Of a stretch of 64,000 bases of DNA, positions 37,396 to 47,321 are shown one piece after another; within the stretch, counting starts at the first letter, position 1; every line of letters begins with the position of its first letter. The notes beneath the pieces were generated by a model. It searched no databases. It was not told the origin of the DNA and saw only the letters and a program-made list of their open reading frames with translations. The stretch is from contig CAWBEI010000002.1 in NCBI GenBank assembly GCA_963787835.1, positions 32,001-96,000 on the forward strand, written 5' to 3'. Both the position numbers and the translations under genes were made by a program. This DNA is from Ignavibacteriota bacterium. Lineage in GTDB: Bacteria > Bacteroidota > Ignavibacteria > Palsa-1295.

Positions 37396-38538
37396 TCAAT
37401 GAACGGTGCCCGGTTCTATGGAAAGAATGCGATGATGCTCCGAGTGCTGTCCAAGCAACGTTTCAAATCGTTCGCGTTCCGTCGATGTGATGAACGTCTG
37501 CCCGAGATTTCCTGTCAGCGCAAGTTCCAGCAACATTCGGGCGCGGTCATGATCGAGTTCGCTGAAGACATCATCGAGCAGCAGCATCGGCGTTTCACCG
37601 GCGGCATCTTTTAGATATTCGAACTCCGCAAGTTTCATCGCGACGAGCAGCGTTTTATGCTGGCCTTGCGACGCATACAGCCGGGCCTCCTGATCGGGAT
37701 TGATAAAGAACATCAGTTCATCGCGATGCGGACCGAAGAGCGTAGTTCCTCGCCGGATCTCTTCGATCTCGCAACGTTTCGCCTGATCCACAAGGAAGGT
37801 TTCCAGGTTCCCACTCGGTTCATTCGATCCCATTGGCAGATAAAGCAGGGAAGGTTCCTCGCGGCTTTGGGAAAGCACACGGTACCACTGCAATAATTTC
37901 GGGCGAAATTCCTCGGTAAATCGTGTGCGCCGCTGCATGATACGAACGCCGTGCTTTGTGACAAGATCGGTCCACGGAGCAAGCAGCGGCTGGATCGCCG
38001 TAAGCGACTGTCGCCTCTGGCGCGCATCGGAAAGAATAGCGTTCCGCTGCTTTAATGCACGGCGATATTCCAGTTCATCTTCGAGATAAGCGCGGCTCGC
38101 TTGCGAAAGCACCATGTTCAGGAAGCGCCGCCGCTCTGCGGGTGGCCCGCCGGTGATGATCTTCTCATCCGGAGTCAGTACCACAACCGGCGCGCGGCCT
38201 ACAAGATCGGCGGAAGTGCGAATGCGTTCGCTGTTGGCGAGAATCGTTTTCTTTAGTCGTGCGCTCGCATCGATCTGCACCGACACATGATAGGCTACAT
38301 GATGGTCGCTAATGAAATGAGCATCGACGGCAAGCGCGGACTCCCCTTGCCGAATAAGAACGGCGTCGGACGCGGAAGTAAAACTTTTGGTGAGGGTTGC
38401 AAGCGAGATCGCTTCAAGAATGGAAGTCTTGCCTACGCCGTTCGGCCCGACCAACACATTGATCTTCGGCGCCAGATCGCGAACAAACGTATCGGCATGG
38501 CTGCGAACATTCTGAAGGCGAATTGAATCGGTGCGCAA
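37396..38538 (-). CDS. recF: DNA replication/repair protein RecF
   Basis: GPNGVGKTSILEAI, GPPAERRRFL, GPHRDEL, SQGQ, LLLDDVFSELD. Confidence 0.95.
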   Translation of the reverse strand: MRTDSIRLQNVRSHADTFVRDLAPKINVLVGPNGVGKTSILEAISLATLTKSFTSASDAVLIRQGESALAVDAHFISDHHVAYHVSVQIDASARLKKTILANSERIRTSADLVGRAPVVVLTPDEKIITGGPPAERRRFLNMVLSQASRAYLEDELEYRRALKQRNAILSDARQRRQSLTAIQPLLAPWTDLVTKHGVRIMQRRTRFTEEFRPKLLQWYRVLSQSREEPSLLYLPMGSNEPSGNLETFLVDQAKRCEIEEIRRGTTLFGPHRDELMFFINPDQEARLYASQGQHKTLLVAMKLAEFEYLKDAAGETPMLLLDDVFSELDHDRARMLLELALTGNLGQTFITSTERERFETLLGQHSEHHRILSIEPGTVH

Positions 38539-38563
38539 AACTTGTTTCTGCTTACATCGTTCA

Positions 38564-38645
38564 TGTCATTCCCGCAAAAGCGGGAATCCAGGTGGTGTCA
38601 ATGAGGTAATTCGGGCGATGGATTCCCGCTTTCGCGGGAATGACA
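38564..38645. repeat. GTCATTCCCGC-family palindromic repeat doublet
   Basis: TGTCATTCCCGCAAAAGCGGGAATCCA ... TGGATTCCCGCTTTCGCGGGAATGACA. Confidence 0.85.
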
Positions 38646-38673
38646 AGGAATAGGTCAAATAAGCCAAAAATGA

Positions 38674-39789
38674 TTACCCATTCAGCCGAACCGGCATCAC
38701 GAGCATCAACAGGTCTTCCTCGTTCGTGCTTGCCGGCTCGACGATCGCCGCGCGCGTCGGCGTGGAGAATTTGATGGTGATGTCTTCGGTATCGAGATGA
38801 TTGAGTGCATCCTCGATAAAGCGACCATTGAACCCGATCGTCAGTTCATCATCGGAATAATCGCAGGGGATCTGCTCGCGGGCTTCGTTACCGGCATCGT
38901 AATTCTCGGCGAGTACGGACATCTGATCTTTCGCAAGCTGGAAGCGAAGCTGCCTCGTGTTAGCATTCGCGAAGATAGAAACGCGCTTTACCGAGCGGAG
39001 CATGGCATCCTTCGAGATCACAAGCTGCTTGTCATTCTCGCGGGGAATAACAGCCTCATAATTCGGGTAGCGTTCGTCGATGAGGCGAGAAAGGATCGTT
39101 GTTGTGCCGGATTTAAATTCAACATGCGTTGGGCTGAACCGAAGCGTGATCGAGTCGGTATCCTCGAAGGATTTCGTAACAAGCCCAAGCGCTTTGGAGG
39201 GCACAATAATATCAAGCTCGGTTTCTGTTTTGAGCGCCGTGTTCGTAAAACGAACCAGACGATGACCATCCGTAGCTACAGCACGAGTGCTATCCGGAGA
39301 AAACTGGAACAGAACGCCCATCATGCTGGGGCGGAGATCATCCGTCGAAACCGCGAACAATGTTTTCGAGATAAGACGCTTGAGCGTACCGGCCTCGACG
39401 GTAATCGAGCCTTCCGGCTTGAAATCCGCAGCGGCATTCGGAAGCTGCGCCGTTTCATCGACGGCGATCTGATAATTACCTTGCGCCGTTTGCAGCGTGG
39501 CGCGGCGCGTGGTCTTATCGAGCGTGAAGGTCATCTCGCCATCGGAAAGCGCGCGGACGATCTCATAAAAAAGCTTTGCCGGTATGTTGGCCGTGCCATC
39601 CTTGACGCCACTGACCTCCATTGCGGCGTTCACCGTGATCTCGAGATCGGTACCGGTGAAGGTAAGTGCATCGCCTTTTAGCTCGACGAGCACCGTTTCA
39701 AGTTGTGGCAGAGTGGATTTCGTGGGGATAACTGCGATCACTTTCGACAGTGTATCCTGCAGGGGCTTGATTTGCGCGATGAATTTCAT
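38674..39789 (-). CDS. dnaN: DNA polymerase III beta sliding clamp
   Basis: GTDLE, VATDGHRL, YPNY..VIP, LVMPVRL. Confidence 0.97.
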   Translation of the reverse strand: MKFIAQIKPLQDTLSKVIAVIPTKSTLPQLETVLVELKGDALTFTGTDLEITVNAAMEVSGVKDGTANIPAKLFYEIVRALSDGEMTFTLDKTTRRATLQTAQGNYQIAVDETAQLPNAAADFKPEGSITVEAGTLKRLISKTLFAVSTDDLRPSMMGVLFQFSPDSTRAVATDGHRLVRFTNTALKTETELDIIVPSKALGLVTKSFEDTDSITLRFSPTHVEFKSGTTTILSRLIDERYPNYEAVIPRENDKQLVISKDAMLRSVKRVSIFANANTRQLRFQLAKDQMSVLAENYDAGNEAREQIPCDYSDDELTIGFNGRFIEDALNHLDTEDITIKFSTPTRAAIVEPASTNEEDLLMLVMPVRLNG

Positions 39790-39864
39790 AAATGGAATGG
39801 GAGCAATAATGTCCGATTACGCAGAACAACAGAAATTCACTGGTGGAATTCCCGATACCATTTA

Positions 39865-39894
39865 AAAACCCCACTCGGCCACGAGAGGGGTTTT
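39865..39894. terminator. Imperfect hairpin, possible terminator
   Basis: AAAACCCCACTCG...CGAGAGGGGTTTT downstream of the 39959..40942 gene. Confidence 0.4.
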
Positions 39895-39958
39895 AGCGGC
39901 GAAAGATTATGGGGATTTCCTTCACTCGCCTTTTGAATTTCGTATTTCGTAATTGAGA

Positions 39959-40942
39959 TTATTCCTTCGTAAGCTTTAGCGTTCGCACTTCATTGTTCGC
40001 CGTTGAGATACGAACGTAGTATGCACCCGGTGGTGCATTATCCATATTTAATGGGATAGTGCGGGAACCTTGCTCGAAGACCCCTTCATAACCAGCCCCG
40101 GCCAACTGCACACTGAGAATATTATAAATCCCAATCGTTACATACGCCTCACGCCCAATGGAAAGAGCGACGCTTGTGGAATTTTCAAATGGATTCTCAG
40201 TAATACTGGCGCTCATAATAATTTGCGGTGTGGGCGCGGCATAAGTTACGCCAGCTTCGCCATTAATTATGAGCACCGAATCCAAACCCAATTGCTGCAT
40301 AGTGGGAACTGTGGAATCAAACACGGCTTTCCCGCGTGCTGTATCTTTCCATATATTATACTGACCAATTAGCAATTGCCAATATTCAGTAGAGTCGCCC
40401 GAATAACCGGAAGCGCAGCGCGGATTATCCATAAGGTATTGAAGAACAGCTCTGGAATCACGATAATCACCAGTTTTAATATTGTTAGAATCTCTAAATG
40501 TACCGACCAAGTTTGCAACAAAAGAGCAGAACCAATCGTCGTCATTTCGTAGTGTCAGACAGTGAATGATAAAACTTCGATAATCGAGTAAACTATCCAT
40601 TGTGGTTAGCACAGTGGGATTGGCAGTACCAGACAATGCACCCGCCGTTTCTCCGGCTATAGCAATCGGGTAACAGTGCGGAATATACCAATAACGCATG
40701 GTGTCATATCCTTCCCGATATTGGAAGTCACTGATGAGGCCAGAAACAAATAAAGGAAAACCAACGCTGCAAGTATCTGTATCATCTTGTATCCCCATTG
40801 GCTTCTCGCCTTTCGGTTTCGAAGTAATATCACCTCCGCTGCCGCAAGTCCAAGTGGATGTTGAAAACAATTCCTGCGCGTTTACTCGATAACTGACGAA
40901 TAGAAGAATCAACAAAATGACGAACGAGGCTGTTTTCAGCAT
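39959..40942 (-). CDS. Secreted Cys-containing protein with T9SS C-terminal domain
   Basis: Signal peptide; ENPF..REAYV..PPGAYYVRI..KLTKE; related to 17311..18414. Confidence 0.75.
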   Translation of the reverse strand: MLKTASFVILLILLFVSYRVNAQELFSTSTWTCGSGGDITSKPKGEKPMGIQDDTDTCSVGFPLFVSGLISDFQYREGYDTMRYWYIPHCYPIAIAGETAGALSGTANPTVLTTMDSLLDYRSFIIHCLTLRNDDDWFCSFVANLVGTFRDSNNIKTGDYRDSRAVLQYLMDNPRCASGYSGDSTEYWQLLIGQYNIWKDTARGKAVFDSTVPTMQQLGLDSVLIINGEAGVTYAAPTPQIIMSASITENPFENSTSVALSIGREAYVTIGIYNILSVQLAGAGYEGVFEQGSRTIPLNMDNAPPGAYYVRISTANNEVRTLKLTKE

Positions 40943-41050
40943 TACTTTACCACTTTACGAATACTCTCGAATTCATAGACAATATCTGATTTAGAGAATT
41001 CACAACTCCCTAATATTCTTCGGGTAAAGGTGGTTCCAGCTCTTCCCTCC

Positions 41051-41124
41051 GGTGTACAACGGGTTTTAACCCGTTGCTCGTCCCCGCTCAGAATTATGCA
41101 CCGGGTTGAAACCCGGTGTACACC
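41051..41124. repeat. REP-like inverted doublet
   Basis: GGTGTACAACGGGTTTTAACCCGTTGC ... GCACCGGGTTGAAACCCGGTGTACACC. Confidence 0.75.
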
Positions 41125-41440
41125 TATCGAGAAAATTTCGGAAAAACTTGACAATGCCATTTTAATTGCGTAGATTGCGATTGCTTTGATGGGCACCTGT
41201 CCGGGGAAAAGATGAAAGATGAAGTATGAAAGATGAAATGGGGAGGCTGCAAGTTCATTGACAAATTGGTGAAATAGTTTTCTTTGCGGAGGAGATTTAT
41301 GAATTCCTAATGCAAAAAAAAATATTTGGAGACACGAACTGGCGAAAATGCTTCAAATTCGAGGGTGATCGGGAACTCGCAAGAAAAAGAAATGGCACCT
41401 ATTTCTGTAGAAAAAGCACGGGGACGATACCCGGGTGAAA

Positions 41441-42952
41441 TTACCGCCAGGTAATTTTTCTTCCGGCGGCTTTGGCTCGCTCCCAGATCCATCGGAGGAG
41501 TAGCGCCCATCCCTGGCTGATCGACATATCGGATTCGAGCAGGAAGTGCATATCGCGAATATCTTCGTCGGACATCGGAAGCTGCGCCGGAGCCGCAACG
41601 GGATCTCCGCCATTGCCGTCGCCGTGGTTAGGAGAACCGAGATACTCCGCAAGGAGCGCTCGCAAATGCTGATCCATGGCGCTCAATCGTTCACGAAGCG
41701 CGTCATCGGTTTCATACTGCTGAAGGAATTGGATGTGATCGTGAAGCACGGCCAGCTTTTTCGTCAGTTCGGGAGTCAGGAACTCTCTGGCTTCTTCTTC
41801 GAGCGCGAGGACGAGGGCTTCCAGATCGCCGATGGTTTCAGAAGTGGCTCGGAACCCTTCTAACTCGCTTAGGTCATCGATATTGACATAGACGTTTGAA
41901 AGCTGCTCCAGTTCATGGCCGAAGGGAACCCGACGCTGTGCGATCTGCGCTCGGACGCTGGCAAGCATTTGTTCGAGCACATGCCGCCGCGCCGCGCCTT
42001 CGGTGACCCGAAGCTGGTGCTCGATCTCATTCTTTTGGGACTGAAGATCGAGCAGCGTGCGGTCAGTGATCTTGCCGCGCGCGACCATATCGGCGATCTG
42101 GGCATCGCTGGCATGGACTTCGACATGCCCGATCTTGACGGAATTAATAATGATATGCTCATCCATGCTCGCGCGGATCACAGCTTCATCCAATTGCACG
42201 GCTCCATCGGTAATAACGAGGATCTCCGCGCCGGAAAGATGTTCCATTTCCTGAATATCCGAGAGCGCCTGAAGGAGCGCCTTTTGCAAAACCGTTCCCT
42301 CGCCCAAATGGGCGATACGCAATACATATCGCATCAGGGCATCGTAGCTGCCCTGATCGACCGCCGTGTGGAGATCGCCGACGTGATCGTCAAACGTTCT
42401 CAGGCTGATATGTCCAAGCTCTGCTTTATTGCGCTTGAGGAACATATACAGGATCGCTTTTGCAAGATGGATGCGATGGTGCGTCTGCATCGACCGGGAG
42501 GTATCGAAAAGGACATACACTTTTTGCTTGCGCGTATCGAAGGAAAAACTCGATCCGGTATCATCGACCGGCAAGATAACGCCGCTCTTTACGACCGGCA
42601 TCCACAGTTCCCGAAGCACGAGGCGTTCGAGGAATATCTCATCCGGCAGCAAAAATTGATTTGGATAGACACGGGAAACATCATGGTAACTTTTAATGAG
42701 ATCGGCAGCATACCGGTCGCCGGCAGGAAGGTAGCGATGCGGATCCTCGGGTTCCACGGAGGATGGATCCTGCCCATCCATGCCGGGAAGTTTCAGAACA
42801 GAAGAAAGTTTTTGAGAGAGCGCATTCGATTCATCTTCAAGAATGCGTGCAATTTCGAAGACAGCCGTAAAGTCCTTCGGCAGCTTCTCGTAAATATGCG
42901 AGAAGAAGCCGAACTCCTCCATAACCGAAAAAAATGCGCGCTCCGTGGACAT
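41441..42952 (-). CDS. vWA (MIDAS) domain protein, ViaA-like
   Basis: FDTSRSM (DxSxS), GEGT and ITDG MIDAS elements; near a RavA-like ATPase. Confidence 0.8.
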   Translation of the reverse strand: MSTERAFFSVMEEFGFFSHIYEKLPKDFTAVFEIARILEDESNALSQKLSSVLKLPGMDGQDPSSVEPEDPHRYLPAGDRYAADLIKSYHDVSRVYPNQFLLPDEIFLERLVLRELWMPVVKSGVILPVDDTGSSFSFDTRKQKVYVLFDTSRSMQTHHRIHLAKAILYMFLKRNKAELGHISLRTFDDHVGDLHTAVDQGSYDALMRYVLRIAHLGEGTVLQKALLQALSDIQEMEHLSGAEILVITDGAVQLDEAVIRASMDEHIIINSVKIGHVEVHASDAQIADMVARGKITDRTLLDLQSQKNEIEHQLRVTEGAARRHVLEQMLASVRAQIAQRRVPFGHELEQLSNVYVNIDDLSELEGFRATSETIGDLEALVLALEEEAREFLTPELTKKLAVLHDHIQFLQQYETDDALRERLSAMDQHLRALLAEYLGSPNHGDGNGGDPVAAPAQLPMSDEDIRDMHFLLESDMSISQGWALLLRWIWERAKAAGRKITWR

Positions 42953-44022
42953 TATGCTTGCTTTGGCGTCACTTCATAGAACTCATAGAGCCACCAGGTC
43001 GTGCTCGCGGTGGGATAGACACCTCCCCAGCGAACACTCGATCGGTCCTCGATCTCTCGATACGCGGTCATTGCAAGAAGGCCATTTTCGTCATAGGCAT
43101 TCACCGTTTCGGATTCAATATTTGGGCCAAGGGTATGAAGGCGGACAAGTCGTTGTTTTTCATCGAACTCCTGAAGCGTATCCGTTTCGCCATTGGAATC
43201 GAACAATGATTGTTTTATACAATTTCCATTCTCGTATGTTGATTCCCTCTGCTGAAGCGTTTTACCGGCTGCATCCAGTTCCGACCAGCAGACTTCGTTG
43301 CCAACATTGTCATATTCATAAAGTTCTCTCAGCCATCGGGAACCGGTGGTTTCGATCGTGCCAATTTCGAGAAGCTTTCCATCTGCATTATAGGTGCGAT
43401 ACTCACCCTTGTAATCCCCGGTAGCTGGATCTATCTCCACATGCTCGATCACCCGGCCCTTTTCATCGAATTGGTCTTTGTAGCGGGATTCCATCTCATC
43501 TGCGCTGGTGGTCACCACTTCGTCAGTTGTGCCAGTCCAGATATGAGTGGTCTTTTCCTGGCTGCCATCGGAGTAATCGACAACCGCCGAAGCGATCCTT
43601 CCAAATGCATCGTAGTGCCGAAGTTCTTCTTCATTATTCTGCTCAATCGGATCTTGAAGCGTTCTTCGAATAAGTCTGCGGTCGTCATCATACCAAAACT
43701 GCTCACGTTCAGTCAGCGTATCTCCGTCGAACGAGCGTTTGTCTATCAAATATCCAGCTTCGTTATAGATGGATTCGGTATGATGTACTTCCAGCACAGG
43801 CTCCGTTGGATCGATTACAACTCCAGAATACGGTCCGCGATAACCCCTCATGCGAGGTGTAAATTGGAACACAACATTCGCATCCTCGGCATCGGGAATA
43901 GGCGCGACTTCAAACTTTTCGCTGGGATTCGGCTCGTCTGCAGCCCACCGGGGAACGGTGAACTCGACGATCAGCCGAATTCTTGGAATACTCGATCTAT
44001 AATCCTCGATCTCGTCGATCAT
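42952..44022 (-). CDS. Acidic YD/RHS-like repeat protein
   Basis: Repeated Y(D/N)xxG motifs (YNEAG, YDAFG, FDEKG, YNADG, YDNVG, YDENG); no signal peptide. Confidence 0.65.
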   Translation of the reverse strand: MIDEIEDYRSSIPRIRLIVEFTVPRWAADEPNPSEKFEVAPIPDAEDANVVFQFTPRMRGYRGPYSGVVIDPTEPVLEVHHTESIYNEAGYLIDKRSFDGDTLTEREQFWYDDDRRLIRRTLQDPIEQNNEEELRHYDAFGRIASAVVDYSDGSQEKTTHIWTGTTDEVVTTSADEMESRYKDQFDEKGRVIEHVEIDPATGDYKGEYRTYNADGKLLEIGTIETTGSRWLRELYEYDNVGNEVCWSELDAAGKTLQQRESTYENGNCIKQSLFDSNGETDTLQEFDEKQRLVRLHTLGPNIESETVNAYDENGLLAMTAYREIEDRSSVRWGGVYPTASTTWWLYEFYEVTPKQA

Positions 44023-44088
44023 ATCATTTCAGAATAATTTTAGTTGTAAAGGATAATATTCTGAAAAGAAATTCCAGCGTGCTATTAT

Positions 44089-45270
44089 TTAATTGTTTGT
44101 AACATCGATGCACATGATTTCCGGCGTATTCCCGATCCGTATCGGAGGTCCCCACGTGCCCGAACCGCAGGAGACATACACATGCGTTTTACCTTTCAAC
44201 TTATATCCCCAACTTACCTCATATACTCGTCTGGTGATGTAGCTCCATGGCCAGATCTGTGCATGGTGCGTATGGCCGGAAAGCTGGAGATCGATACCAT
44301 TTTGCTCTGCTTCCTCAAGATGGAAAGGTGTGTGATCCATTAAGATGATCGGCTTCGATCTATCGAGCGGAGCTACCAGATCTTCCAATGATTTTCGTTC
44401 CATATATGCAAATTGTTTGGCTGCACGATCTTCACGACCCACCACATAGACCCCTGCAACTTCAATCGCAGCATCACGGATCATTTTTATTCCGTGCGCT
44501 TCCAAATAGGCACAGCTTATTTCCGCGTTGCCAATATATTCATGGTTACCCGTGATGGCAAACACACCATACTTGCTCTCGATCTTTTTGAGTTCGCTTC
44601 CCAGATCGAGCTGCATGACCGGATGAGGGTTCCCATCTACCTGATCGCCGAGCATAAGCACGATATCGGGCTTTATTGCATTGATCTTCCTCACCATTTG
44701 TCGCACCATGCTGCGCCCGATCATCGATCCCATGTGCATATCGGAAATAGCGGCGATCCGAAGCGGCAATCCATGTTTTTCGATCTTGATCGAAAGTGGT
44801 TTAACACGGATGCGTCTGGCGTTCAGAAATCCGAGAAACATTGAGGCAAAAATGACTACAGAGAGAATAGCCGTGATCCATTCTGTAGTTTCTGTTCCCT
44901 TAAGAATACTCAAAGAAAGCAAACCAAATATCAGCCTCAACAGATCGATGATAACGAACGCAAGGAAATACCATGAGAGCGCTCCAAGCCAGAAAGAACC
45001 CACCCACGTCAGCACATCACTGATAAAATTACTGGATCGATATTCAAGAAACTGTCCCGCAATAAAACTCAGCGATATGAAGAGAAATACTGGAAGCAAG
45101 ATAGGATGGAACCATGAGTCATTCGGCACCGCCTGATTCAGCCGAGCAAAGATATACCCATTGATCAGCGCATAGACCGTAAAGAAGATCGAAAAAAATG
45201 CAAGGAACGAGCGCCGGCGATCCTGTTTACGCTCGCGGGTTTCGAGAATCGAATTGTTAGGAGAGGGCAT
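44089..45270 (-). CDS. Membrane-anchored metallophosphoesterase (YkuE-like)
   Basis: SDMH, GDQVD, GNHE, H, SGHTH motifs; N-terminal TM helices; start taken at ATG 45270. Confidence 0.9.
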   Translation of the reverse strand: MPSPNNSILETRERKQDRRRSFLAFFSIFFTVYALINGYIFARLNQAVPNDSWFHPILLPVFLFISLSFIAGQFLEYRSSNFISDVLTWVGSFWLGALSWYFLAFVIIDLLRLIFGLLSLSILKGTETTEWITAILSVVIFASMFLGFLNARRIRVKPLSIKIEKHGLPLRIAAISDMHMGSMIGRSMVRQMVRKINAIKPDIVLMLGDQVDGNPHPVMQLDLGSELKKIESKYGVFAITGNHEYIGNAEISCAYLEAHGIKMIRDAAIEVAGVYVVGREDRAAKQFAYMERKSLEDLVAPLDRSKPIILMDHTPFHLEEAEQNGIDLQLSGHTHHAQIWPWSYITRRVYEVSWGYKLKGKTHVYVSCGSGTWGPPIRIGNTPEIMCIDVTNN

Positions 45271-45288
45271 CAGATCAAAATTAGGTGA

Positions 45289-45931
45289 AGTCCCGTCAGG
45301 GACGAAAGTGTTCCAGCCCAGCACGTGAGTGCTGGGATAATAATACAAGAATGCCCCAAAGTCCCGCCAGGGACGACAGAATTACCCGAGCGTGTATCTC
45401 TCATCATATTCAATATTATTCGCCTTCAAAAATGCGATATACTCTTCTTGAAAACTTCGTTTCCGATGATGTTCTTCCTGGCCTTCGATATATGCTGTAA
45501 CTTTTCCCACTTGTGAGGTACTCACGCTGAATGCACTATAGCCCTCTTGCCATTCGAAAGACTTGAGTTGTGGAAACGCCTCCGACAGCCATTTCGAAGA
45601 GTTAGCTTTTATAAGCTGAACGATCTTCGACAACGAGATCGTGGATGGTATCTCCATTAGAATATGACAATGATTCTCATGTCCACCTACAGCAATAGGC
45701 GTTGCCTTAGCATTTCGAATGATACCGGCTATGTAATCCCACAAACGAGCACGAATTTCGGGATTTAAGCAATGAACACGATTTTTTGTGCTGAAAATGA
45801 GGTGGATATAGTTGCGAACATAAGAATGAGCCATTTTTCTGTCGTCCCTGACGGGACTTGCTGAAATTTATTGTTTCTTTTTCCCAGGACTCACGTCCTG
45901 GGCTGAAAACACTATCGTCCCTGACGGGACT
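45289..45931. mobile_element. IS200-like/RAYT-like element: Y1 transposase between about 93-bp imperfect inverted repeat blocks
   Basis: Four copies of the GTCCCGTCAGGGAC palindrome plus a CAGCCCAG..CTGGG palindrome on each side, in inverted orientation. Confidence 0.8.
45382..45834 (-). CDS. tnpA: IS200/IS605-family HUH Y1 transposase
   Basis: HLIFSTKNR, HCH (HUH), KANSS, WQEGY, YIEGQ; no tnpB. Confidence 0.93.
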   Translation of the reverse strand: MAHSYVRNYIHLIFSTKNRVHCLNPEIRARLWDYIAGIIRNAKATPIAVGGHENHCHILMEIPSTISLSKIVQLIKANSSKWLSEAFPQLKSFEWQEGYSAFSVSTSQVGKVTAYIEGQEEHHRKRSFQEEYIAFLKANNIEYDERYTLG

Positions 45932-45962
45932 GGGGGTGCACGATGTTTACTTGGAAACCAAG

Positions 45963-47321
45963 TTAGAAATGCTCAACGTGGTCGGCAAACACGGTTTTGA
46001 TCTGTTGCTCCAAATGGGTTTTCAATATCTTCAAGTCCTCGGTTGAAGGATGAATGCTTTGAAGGAAACCCTCGGCAAGCCTGCGTTTATGCGAGGCAGA
46101 TGGATCGGTGACCCCAAGCGTCTCTTTTGCCCACGCAACAATGGATCGCTTGGTGGGAACCCCTTCGAGTTCCGTGAGCGGCTTTGACATCATCGAGGGA
46201 TCGTTCTTCAAACGCGAAAGCACATCGTCAAGCGTGAGCAAAGCTGATAGCTGGTCGAATGCTCCTGAAACCTGATAGAGTTGAAGCAGCGTGTCATACG
46301 ACCGTTGAAATAAAGTCTTCTCCTCTGGAATTCCTGAGGTGCATAGCAACAAATGTAACTTAGGAATATCCGCTTTCTCTGCATAGACACGTCCGTGAAG
46401 AAATGCAATGGCTCGAAGCACGTCCAGCGATTTTGCCTGCGTACGTGGCGAGATATAAAAATCTTTCGTTCGCAGATGCGCCTCGTGTGGCCGTTCATGC
46501 AACAGCCGGTTCCGCTGAACCTCGTAATGCCGAACGACAAGATTCATAAAATAGACGAGGTCCGGCGTAATCTGAATATGGTATTCCGGCACCTCGCCTC
46601 TGACAATATGCGAGGCGTAATCGAGATCCTCATAACGGAGCTTCTTAGGCGGCTCTATGGCATTGCCAAGATTTTTCAGATATTGTTGGGAGATCTTATA
46701 TTGATAAAAGGCATCCTTATCCGGATGGATAAGCGCCTTGAAAAGAAACCGGTCGAGCAAGGCTTCCGTAATCTCGGAGAGCCGGAGATAATTCGTGGCA
46801 GCGATGACGGTGTGAACATTGGAATGCACGCGCTGCACGCCGCGAATAAGCTCGCGTTCATTTAATAAGGAAAGCAGCGCGCGGAGCGTGTAATCGTTCG
46901 CATCGAAGATCTCGTCAATAAATCCGAACTCACTTTCGACAAGGGAACCTTCCGTATTATGGATGAGCCTGCCTTGCTTAAGTTCATCCAAAAGCAATCC
47001 ACCAAAATAGGTATCCGGCTGTTGCTCTTTGCTGGCCTGCACTTTGAAGATGCGGGCGCCTTCGAACATCCGGAACACTTGCTCGGCGAGCAGGGTCTTG
47101 CCAACGCCGGTCCGGCTTTCGAGCAGGATGTGCTCGCCAGTGAGCATGGCAAGAAAAATTTGCTCGACCACTTCTTCGCGATTGACGACGCGCTCCTGCA
47201 CGAATTCTATCGCGTCATTCACTCCGGCGATGATCGCCGAAGTATCGCGCGCGTTGCCATTACGCGCAGACCGGTTGGTCAGCGCGCTCACTAAAATGCT
47301 TTTCGATATTGTCTCTGCCAT
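45963..47321 (-). CDS. MoxR-family AAA+ ATPase, RavA-like
   Basis: EHILLESRTGVGKT, FIDEIF, LLSLLNER, AATN, ALLDRF, ISPR. Confidence 0.82.
   Translation of the reverse strand: MAETISKSILVSALTNRSARNGNARDTSAIIAGVNDAIEFVQERVVNREEVVEQIFLAMLTGEHILLESRTGVGKTLLAEQVFRMFEGARIFKVQASKEQQPDTYFGGLLLDELKQGRLIHNTEGSLVESEFGFIDEIFDANDYTLRALLSLLNERELIRGVQRVHSNVHTVIAATNYLRLSEITEALLDRFLFKALIHPDKDAFYQYKISQQYLKNLGNAIEPPKKLRYEDLDYASHIVRGEVPEYHIQITPDLVYFMNLVVRHYEVQRNRLLHERPHEAHLRTKDFYISPRTQAKSLDVLRAIAFLHGRVYAEKADIPKLHLLLCTSGIPEEKTLFQRSYDTLLQLYQVSGAFDQLSALLTLDDVLSRLKNDPSMMSKPLTELEGVPTKRSIVAWAKETLGVTDPSASHKRRLAEGFLQSIHPSTEDLKILKTHLEQQIKTVFADHVEHF

Noticed and set aside
38797-39681. 294-aa ORF antisense to dnaN
   Set aside because: Shadow frame of a conserved gene, with no recognisable motifs
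40942-41196. 84-aa ORF (also 32076..32447)
   Set aside because: They largely translate palindromic repeats and show no protein features
39790-41440. Replication origin upstream of dnaN
   Set aside because: No cluster of TTATCCACA boxes seen; the near-match at about 32859 is part of a heptamer repeat
41915-42979. 354-aa ORF antisense to the vWA gene (likewise 21276..22100, 52414..53199, 59422..60138, 16363..17079)
   Set aside because: These overlap well-supported genes on the opposite strand and are best explained by codon bias
42952-44022. RHS polymorphic toxin
   Set aside because: Too short; no DPxG core terminus, toxin tip or immunity gene
45271-45348. N-terminal extension of the metallophosphoesterase (also the 5277-5336 extension of the fusion)
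   Set aside because: These read through repeat elements; downstream starts fit the families better
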